From Octopus sinensis (lineage: Eukaryota), in the NCBI RefSeq assembly GCF_006345805.1, contig NC_043010.1, positions 42,036,001-42,100,000 of the forward strand: a stretch of DNA of 64,000 nucleotides. The letters are read 5' to 3'. Position 1 is the stretch's first letter, and each line of letters begins with the position of its first letter. Shown here in pieces: positions 54,778 through 64,000 of this stretch. The position numbers and the translations under genes are program-made. Below the pieces are notes generated by a model that ran no database searches, was not told the DNA's origin, and saw only the letters and a program-made list of their open reading frames with translations.

Positions 54778-55103
54778 TATACAGTGTTCAGTTTAACAAA
54801 TAATAATGTCATGCGCTAAATTTAAGCTAAAAGTGTAACAGAATTTGCATATGCGATCTCTCTTAAAGGTACTTCTTGACATGTGGTTGCGTAATTAGCT
54901 TCCCCTGCTAATATATGTCCTACGCAATAAGGAGAACATTTATTTTGGAGTTTTAAATAAATTATGAAGTTAAATACAAATAATATTTGATGTATCGGCA
55001 AAAACATTATTTAAATGCACTCGAAAACATATTAAAGTCAGAGCCTTTTTCTCTAGAAAAAAGTAATGTGTTATGATGATATGCGTATGGTCTTGCTCTA
55101 TCA

Positions 55104-55330
55104 GTGGAGGCGCATGGCTTACTGGTCAGGGTGGTTGGACTCATAATAGTAAGATTGTGGTTTTGATTGCTGGACCGAGCAACGCGTTGTGTTCTTGTCA
55201 TTTCACGTTGTCATTTTTGACAGTCCACTCAGCTGTCAAAAATGAGAAATCCTGCGACGATCGGCGTCTCGTCCAGGTAGATAATTTAGTAATTTATGCA
55301 CCATGGAAACTGTGAAATCGTACTTATGAG
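55104..55330 (+). mobile_element. Old tRNA-derived SINE with family-B-like head
   Basis: GTGGAGGCGCATGGCTTACTGGTCAGGG head. Confidence 0.5.
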
Positions 55331-55676
55331 TCTGTATGACTGGAGAAGGAACTTTACTATTACTTGTTTTATCAGAAGAAACAAAACCACTTTGGGGGAA
55401 AGCCTTGGTGAACACCATCAGTACGGATGCTATGAGTAAATTTCTGCCTCAGATTTGAGAAGTTATTAAATATATCGCTTTTGCTAACGCATAAGCATTT
55501 CTAGATGAATTTCATACAGTTGTATTCGTTTATGTGTGAATGTGCGTGTGTGAGCGCACGCGTATGAGTACGTATGGATATTTTAAGATATATGCAATGA
55601 ACATTTAAAGACTGATTTATATTAACATGGAGTCATTTTTAAAATTATTTAGAATACAACGTTGATGGCCTGAAGC

Positions 55677-55726
<50 letters not shown>

Positions 55727-57149
55727 CTCTCTTTCTCTCTCTCAAGAAATATCGGATCCTCGCATGTAATCCACCTCCGTCAAGGAGGGCGATTCATGAT
55801 CTGATTACACCTATCAATTTTTTTCACCTTCTCATATGATGAAAACAACTTAAGATTTCAAACCAATTGACTGTATTTTAATTGTCGTTGAATAGATTTA
55901 GGCAAAAGTTAATAGCAGAGTATTCTTGAAAAGTTTATAAAAGAATTTAAATCCATTGTTCTGTAGCTTTCCAGAGTAACAGGAAACTGAATATCATGTG
56001 AATAGTTAGAAAATTAATATTCTTATCGTATTTATTTTAAAAGAGTGCACTAAGAGAATTTCTACTTAGGTAAGAATAAAGAAATGAGTTTCATTTACTT
56101 TCCATCCTCCTTCTTTTACATTTTTCTGTTGTTCTTTTAAGTCTAATTTTTACACGTGCAGAACAGTGCAGAGGAGTTACAGTCATGAATAAAAGGCTGG
56201 GGAAGTCTTTGTTCCTGCCCTTTAAGTTCTGAGTTCAAATCACACGAAGGACATCTTTAGCTGTCCTCCTTCGAGGGTCGATAAAATATAGTACTGGTCA
56301 AGTACTAAAATTTACTTACCCCTCCCCACAAATGTATTTTAGAAAAATTGACATGTATGACAATCAGCTTTAAGTATTGCTTGACACGAAGTATTTAAGG
56401 ATTTCCGAAAATCCTTTGTTTGTTTGATTTCTCCACAGAAGTCACCTTTTTCATTTATTTATTGACTCAGTTGTTTTGTAAATCCAATTAGTCTTTTTCA
56501 TAGTTTCATAACGTAGAAGTAGGATCTTATTTATTCTCTGCTATTCTATTATGCTTTATTAAAAACAAACAAAACAAATTTTTGTAGCCTTCAACATAGC
56601 AACCACAATAATGATAAAGAAATTTAAATATATATTAAACACACTGTAAACTGCAAAAAGAACCACAAGAAAATACAAAAGAAGGCCTCAAATTATAAAT
56701 ATAAAACTTAATAAAAAGATGACAAAAAATGCATTTGCGTTAAATTAACATATTTAACGCTATATCTCCCGAAATCGCTATCAACCTCTTGCAGAAACCT
56801 AGGACTTCAAAGCACCCAGTTTGGAAATGCAGGACCAACGCCTACGACTGATTCCTTTCTAAAATAGGTATATTGTATCTACGATATAAACAGGATTTTC
56901 TAACACATTATCTTTAATTTTATTTTTCATAGTTGTAGTTAAGAAAAAAATATTGCACACATCATGGGTGAAATATTTGTGGATTGTTTAGTGTAGTAGT
57001 TGGTGATCATTGATATAATAGGCAAAGAATAAACAATATCTGAAAACGATATAGGTACAGAAAAGGAAGTGTTAACTGATGACCAGGCAGTATACAAACA
57101 AATTTAATCAATAGACTGATAGCAAATATCTCAATTTCCGTTGTTCGAC

Positions 57150-57232
57150 TACCAAATCTCGCAACTGAAGTAGTGAGTTCCATGAACGTCATACCTAAGT
57201 ATATCGTAACGCTTTATTGTTACTCTCTCTCT

Positions 57233-57270
<38 letters not shown>

Positions 57271-57650
57271 CGTTGATAGGTAGGGTAAAATCCTAGTTGT
57301 GCATATATACATATATATAGATATAATGTATAATATTAGAAGGTATTAATATAAGATATATGCTTTCTCTTGAACAATTTATTTGAAAGTAAGTTTTTCA
57401 TGAGAATATCAGTAATTTTTTTTTTAAGGAATTAGAAAACGTAGTTTCTTAAAAGTCAGCAATTCTGAAAAATAAACCATGTTTTAGTTGTTTCAGTAAA
57501 CAGAGCAATAATGCATATATAGTTTATTTGAGTGCTGTGGATCGGTTTAGAGTGCATACAATTTTAAATCATGCTTTAATTATTTCGCTAACATCAGCAC
57601 TGTTCCTACAATTACTTTCTGTCAGCAATCATTGAACAAATATGATATAT
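57150..57650. repeat. Dispersed repeat with internal (TA)n, copy 2
   Basis: Diverged match to 1-480. Confidence 0.6.
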
Positions 57651-57836
57651 CATTAGATTATTAAAAATTCAAGTTGATACTCCATATTTTCATCGGTTAT
57701 TATTTTCTGTAATTTTCGACGAACATATAATACACACACACACATATATATAATATGAATTAAATATATATTGTATATATATAATATATATCATATATAT
57801 ATTGTTTTAAAGTTAGGTCCCGTTATATTCTATGAA

Positions 57837-58165
57837 ATTCATCACCTAATCAATTTTCTAGACATCCTACTGAGACCCTTGCTGAAATACATCAAAAGTT
57901 TTAATAGAGATAGTATAGATATGCATAATCACCTATCAAAAACAACTAACGAAGAGACATTATTGGTTTCCTTCGATGTCATTAATCTTTACACCAATAT
58001 CCCTCTCCCGCGTGACTAATGAATAGAAGCAATCAAATCCTGGTTGAAAAAGTACCATGAAGAACTCCCAGAACGCGTTAACCAGGATTTTATCATTGAA
58101 ATTTCGAAATTCAAACTTCAGAACAATTATTTCTTATTTGATGACACCTACTATCGGCAAAAATG
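57837..58165 (+). pseudogene. Penelope-like reverse transcriptase fragment
   Basis: FLDILLRPL..RDS.D..LVSFDVINLYTNIP, then in a shifted frame LQNNYFLFDDTYYRQ. Confidence 0.8.
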
Positions 58166-58170
58166 AGTAA

Positions 58171-58214
<44 letters not shown>

Positions 58215-58910
58215 TCGAAAAATACCTTAGGAATGAGAATTCGTCGCATACCTGTGATAAAAATAAGAAGTAGAGATAGATAAATAAAAATAAATAAATT
58301 TATATAAAGGTCATAGATACAAACACCATAAGAAGCGAGCCCATATACACACACAAATATACACACAATAACTTCATAGATAGCTGCAACAATATCAACA
58401 ACACGACTGACAACGACAGGGGCAGCGGTGGTGACAACGATGGCAATGACAACAACTACCACGATGGCAACGCCGTGGACGAACACACAAACACAGAGAG
58501 ATACAGGAACTGTACAAAATTTTTGGGTCCTAGGACAGCGGCAGCACGACGGGTTGTGATGATCGGGCCGACGGGAAGACAATAATGCTTCTAAGAGCAA
58601 TGACAGACACACACAAGCATACACGCATAAACACACATGCACACACACACATACGCGCGCTCGCACGCGCACACACACGCACGGACGCAAACGCATGCAC
58701 ACATAAGGATACACATATTAGAAGAGCAGAATGGAGTAATTGGAGCAAGAGCATACACGAAAACGAAATGTTACTGAAGAGGTCACAGATGTGTAACGAA
58801 AGATTTCCGGACAATGGACATGAGTTAAAATAAGAACAGTAATAATCGAGTAAAGAACAAATATATAGTGCGTGTGTTTATTTGGCAAAAAAAAACCACC
58901 GTCCCGAAAT

Positions 58911-58949
<39 letters not shown>

Positions 58950-58955
<6 letters not shown>

Positions 58956-59200
58956 AAAATGAGAAAATAGAGGGATAATTAAAAAAATATTATTCATTAA
59001 TTAAAAAATTGACAAGCATCCCTTACGGCTGTTTCAGTTCAGATCCTCAGAAAATTAATTAATTAAATTAAAAATTATTTGAAAATCGAATCCCTTCAGA
59101 GGCAGATAAAGATATACAAAACAGGTATTCAATTTCCTCATGTTGAATAAACGGCTGCAAACCGTTTACTGATAAAATTTATGCATAAATAACATAGTGT
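58950..59200 (-). mobile_element. Probable PLE pLTR end with degenerate long-stem-II hammerhead (about 59020-59103)
   Basis: - strand CCU-CUGAAGG..long AU-rich hairpin..GAAAC-agcc-GUA-AGG, running into (TA)n. Confidence 0.4.
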
Positions 59201-60166
59201 ACAAATGGTAGATCTCTTAGAAGGGGAGTAAGATTGTTTATAATGGAGTAGTAAAACAATATTTTCATCTGGAGCGTTGATTATAAGAAAGCTCAAGTAG
59301 ATGTAATTGGTAAAAGTGTGATATTGTGCTATAATATCTATTCTTATTAAACCAATATAAACTTAATATGTAGAGTTTAATTCAAATGTGTGTAGTTGCT
59401 AATATATAATTAAAGTTGAAGCTATTCAGGCAATCTATTACATATTATAAATATCGAAATAATTAAAAGACCAATATGAATATTGACTTGATGTTAGGAT
59501 ACATAAAAATTATAAATGGAAATAAATAAATCAAAATAAATACATCAAAATAGATAGAGTAAAGAGTGAAAACAGACAGAAAGAGAAAAATAAATAAATG
59601 AATAAAGAGTAATAGATTATTACGTATCACCCCTTAAAAATTTATTAGTGAGCTAGACTAATAAAGATAAAGAACTATTGAGCAAACTTTACTTTAAAGA
59701 TTTCAGATATGCAGCGTTTGTATAGTGAAATACCGGGTGTAAATATGTTAAGTTGCTACGGTACGGAGATATGATATTTAACATGAATAAATAAATACAA
59801 AAATAGGAATTAAATGGAATAAAAATATGCTAATAAAAGTGATAATGAGGGCTTAAATATGGGTCAATTCAACAAGTTAGATTAAAATTTACTAATAAAA
59901 ATATATAAATAGTTAAATATAAATCTCAAAAACCGGAAGTAAATATTCATATAGAGGTGAATGGCTAAAGAAAATCTAGGAATAATCTAATTTAGGGACA
60001 TACCAAAGCGAAAACAGGTAAAACTAAATAATTATTTTCTCATATTATTATTATTATTATTATAAATTAATACATATAAACTCCGGTTTATATAGTTACC
60101 TTGCCGTTGAGTATTCAATAGGATTTTGCTATCCCTGAATGAGGTTTGTAGCTTTTAATTGTGGTT

Positions 60167-60199
<33 letters not shown>

Positions 60200-60317
60200 T
60201 AATATTGGGACAGTGTATAATTTCTTTTTAAAAATATCCCTTCATGAAACTAATGTCTACATTATTATTTTTTCTGTGACCTATTTATTTTATTTTCAAT
60301 ATTATTTGCGTTGTCAA

Positions 60318-60525
60318 GGCGGTGAGCTGGCAGAATCGCTTGAATACTAAGACAAATGCTTGCCAGTATTTCGTCTTTTACGTTCTGAGTTTAAATGCCA
60401 CCGAGTTCGATTTTGCCTTTCATCTTTTCGGGGTCGTTAAAATAAGTACCAGTTGAACACTGGGATCGATGTAATCGACTATTTCATTACTCCGAAATTG
60501 CTGGCCTTGTGCCAATATTTGAAAT
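60318..60525 (+). mobile_element. SINE family A with tail B
   Basis: GGCGGTGAGCTGGCAGAATCG head; GGCCTTGTGCCAATATTTGAAA end. Confidence 0.75.
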
Positions 60526-61476
60526 AAATAGTATTCGCGTAATTTTCGAAAGTCGTGCTCAATAAAATTTTAATATTTTGCCCAACTTTAAAAATTCCAC
60601 CAACCCAGTGCCCTTCATTGATAGGATAAAGACAGAGTTCAACTCGACGGGATTTGAACTCAGAACGTTTTAACCTATCTTCTAACCCCTTTGCCGATTC
60701 GCTCAATTCAGTTGATATGTTGTAGAAAATGCGATGATTCCTTCTATGTTATAGGTATTTATCTCTGCATGATATATTAAATATCATGCATAATGTTTAC
60801 AGAAAATCATTAAATAGAAAAAGCGAAACGAAGCAGATGCACAAGAATATCGATATGTACTCTTTATATAGACGACACAAGATGAAAGCAGATTAAAATT
60901 TTATAAAAGACTATTATACCGTATGCACCATAATTTAGAAACGCACGTCAAGTAGAAGTCAGTGTTAATAGAAATTGAAAGGTGTTTAAATTGGAATGTG
61001 TCAGATACTTCATACGAAGAAAGTGACTATCTAAACTGACTGGGAGAACAATTCACCTTTCTGTATCACCCCAGATAATCATGAAATTTCGTACTGCTTG
61101 AACTAAGAGGAGATTTTCTTTTCATTTGCTGCGTACGGAAAGGAGATAATGTACTGAAATGGTTTGTCCAAATTGCTACCAACATGAAATCAATTTACTT
61201 ATTGCCACACAAGCAGACAGTCATCGGTTACAGAACAACAGAAGTTGATAAGTAGCAAGAAAACAAATATTGTATAGATGTTATTACTTTGGCAAATCAT
61301 GTATTTAACATGTCACTGAGAGGGTTATTTGATGAACTGTATGGTAATCGCGCATGTAGATGTCTAATTGCTCTACAGAATGGACAGTTCTACAAAACGA
61401 AATTGATGAATTACCTGAATGCTCGAGAAACGCATTTATAAATGCTACACTTTCATAGTCGATATTTGGTTACGTA

Positions 61477-61996
61477 AAGGCGGCAAGCTAGCAGAAACAT
61501 TTGCACGCCGGGCGAAATGCCTAGCAGTATTTCGTCTGCCGTCACATTCTGAGTTCAAATTCCACCGAGGTCGACTTTGCCTTTCATCCTTTCGGAGTCG
61601 ATATAATCGACTTAATCCGTCTGTCTGTCCTTGTTTGTCCCTTCGGTGTTTAGCCCCTTGTGGGTAGTAAAGAAATGGGTATTTGGTCTGCTGCTACGTT
61701 CTGAGTACAAATTCTGCCGAGGTCGACTTTGCCTTCATCCTTTCGAGGTCGATTAAATAAATACCAGTTACGTACTGGGGTCCTTATAATCGACTTAATC
61801 CGTTTGTCTGTCCTTGTGTTTAGCCCCTTGTGGGTAGTAAAGAAATAGGTATTTCGTCTGCCGCTACGTTCTGAGTTCAAATTCCGTCGAAGTCACTTTT
61901 GCCGTTCATCCTATCGAGGTCGATAAATTAAGTACCAGTTACGTACTGGAGTCGATCTAATCTAAATTTCGGGCCTTTAGCCTAGAGTAGAAAAAT
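61477..61996 (+). mobile_element. Head-to-tail trimer of SINE family A inside one 15-bp TSD
   Basis: ATATTTGGTTACGTA at 61462-61476 and 61997-62011; two tail-A units then a tail-B unit. Confidence 0.85.
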
Positions 61997-62326
61997 ATAT
62001 TTGGTTACGTATATTTCTGGTATTTGTCTTACATTAAAATATTTTAATATTTATTCGCCATTATGTTGACATATTTGATAAGCCGGGAATCTATCTTAAC
62101 CACTTTATCTATCAGTCACTCACACACAGATGTACATACATATATATGTATAATACGCACACATGCATACACACACTCTGTCTCACACACTTTACTGTAA
62201 CCTCGAGATTTCTGTCTATACAATTAATTAATTTCTCTCGCCTTCTTTATATGTCTGCGTGCGTGTGCATGTATAAGGGTGCTTGTGCTTGCATGTGTCC
62301 TTATGTGTGTGTGCTTGTATGTGATA

Positions 62327-62391
<65 letters not shown>

Positions 62392-62397
<6 letters not shown>

Positions 62398-62678
62398 TAC
62401 AAAATTGGACAAGAACGCAAAACATCCGGACAGTTAGGTGATACAAAAATGGGACAACCAAACATCCAGAGAGACGATACAAAGAAAACAAGGACGGGTC
62501 ATTCGAAGTTTTCTTTCCTCGGTCAAGTACCAGATTATCTTCGCAATTTCGGCTGATTATACTTGAGATTGCTCCAATCTGGCCAGCCCCAAGGAAAAAC
62601 TAAGCTAAGAGCATTAGATTCCTTGGAAGAAAGCAGCGAATGTATACAAAAACAAGGACGTAAAAAAACGGACAATGT
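62392..62678 (-). mobile_element. Short element inserted in (TA)n, probably PLE-pLTR-like, carrying a highly structured RNA motif
   Basis: (TA)n on both sides; no real ORF; multiple perfect helices; class inferred by analogy to other TA-embedded elements here. Confidence 0.5.
62481..62626 (-). ncRNA. Candidate strand-permuted hammerhead-like ribozyme
   Basis: Core pieces CCGAGGA, GAAA and AUC each adjoin their correct helix (I UCAAGUA/UACUUGA, II GGCUG/CAGCC, III AUUGC/GCAAU) but in non-canonical order. Confidence 0.45.
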
Positions 62679-62831
62679 TATATATATATAAGAATTTGCA
62701 GAGTCGTTAGAGAGGTTGAAGTATTTGACGTGTGCTCTCAAGTTTAAATCCCTACGATTACAATTCTGCCTTTATTCTTGGGTGTATCAGTCGATATTGC
62801 ATTTCTCTCTCTCTTTATTCTCCTCTCTCTT

Positions 62832-62869
<38 letters not shown>

Positions 62870-63107
62870 AGAAATTAGTGGTTATGGTTAGATTTGGTGA
62901 TGAATGAGATTCGCCATATTTAATTGGTCAATGCACACTGTATTGTTACGACCATAACTAACTTAACGCAGGTGTTATGGTTCATTAATATCATTAATAT
63001 CATTTAATTATAAAGTGGAGAGCCCACAGCATCTAGGTTCGTGACCATATATGCAATATTGTATAATTATATACAAAGGCAAAAAGTGATGCTGTATATT
63101 ATAACCT

Positions 63108-63301
63108 ATTTACTCTTTACTCTTTTACTTGTTTCAGTCATTTGACTGTGGCCATGCTGGAGCATCGCCTTTAGGCCTCATTCTCTGTAAGCCTAGTACT
63201 TATTCTATCGGTCTCTTTTGCCGAACTGCTAAGTTACGGGGACGTAAACACACCAGCATCGGTTGTCAAGCGATGTTGGAGGAACAAACACAGACACACA
63301 A

Positions 63302-63366
<65 letters not shown>

Positions 63367-63531
63367 TACGACGGGCTTCTTTCAGTTTCCGTCTGCCAAA
63401 TCCACCCACAAGGCTTTATTCGGCCCGAGGCTATAGTAGAAGACACTTGTCCAAGATGCCACGCAGTGGGACTGAACCCAGAACCATGTGATTGGTAAGC
63501 AAGCTACTTACCACACAGCCACTCCTACGCC
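63108..63531 (-). mobile_element. SINE family C, full length, with internal (TA)n(TG)n microsatellite
   Basis: Head GGCGTAGGAGTGGCTGTGTGG, B-box-like GGTTCAGTCCC, tail (GAGTAAAA)n. Confidence 0.85.
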
Positions 63532-64000
63532 TATATTTGTGTAAGTTTTGTGCTAATTCCTTCATTCTTGAATACATTATTATGTTTCTAATAACACTTT
63601 AGTACAGAGTAAATCCATAGATTTTGACTACAACCCCACTGCGTTTATAAATTAATTAGATTTATTGGAAACATTCTATAATTGTAACGTCCGTCGCGTT
63701 TATACAATCTTACTGTGGACAGGAAGAGTGGGATCGTCTGGACCCCAGCCTAAAACGTCATTACATTCTTGTAACAATTCATTACCATACTCGTAGCTGA
63801 CCACTGTGAAAGTGTCTTTAAAGCCACTATTATTAAGCATATAGCTGAATCGGCTAGACGGATATGAATATTTGACGTAGTTGCTGTTAGTAAATAAATT
63901 ACTGGTGCGTCAGTGGCGTATATTTTTATTACTAAAATTAACTATTGGATAACTCCATAACTTTTAGCCATCACAGTATTTATAAATTTAGTAAATTTCT

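Noticed and set aside
58151-58833. 187-aa Val/Cys-rich ORF and overlapping ORFs
   Set aside because: Built from (CA)n, (ACA/ACG)n and (AAT)n low-complexity tracts

Overview
AT-rich, microsatellite-dense eukaryotic genomic DNA; the SINE families point to an Octopus genome (inference). One convincing host coding region is present: a ~5 kb single-exon ORF (ATG 23201) encoding a ~1670-aa low-complexity/disordered protein, whose apparent stop overlaps a CAG|GTAAAT splice donor, so the gene probably continues. The rest is intron/intergenic DNA filled with transposon relics: several tRNA-derived SINE families, Tx1/L1-like LINE fragments, Penelope-like elements (PLE), non-autonomous Helitrons, a Chapaev3 element, Tc1/mariner, pogo and Merlin relics, four copies of a TTAGGG-containing MITE, and a 100-N gap. 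Almost all other ORFs in the track are spurious. The best leads are RNA-structural: (i) a strand-scrambled hammerhead-ribozyme-like fold at 62481-62626 (- strand) and (ii) a 1.57-kb palindrome with two divergent canonical hammerheads capped by Helitrons. Also notable are a MITE with apparently variable-length TSDs, and a SINE whose 3' tail matches a Tx1-like LINE tail and that forms multimers with a fixed junction. All alignments and folds were done by eye; no searches or folding programs were run.
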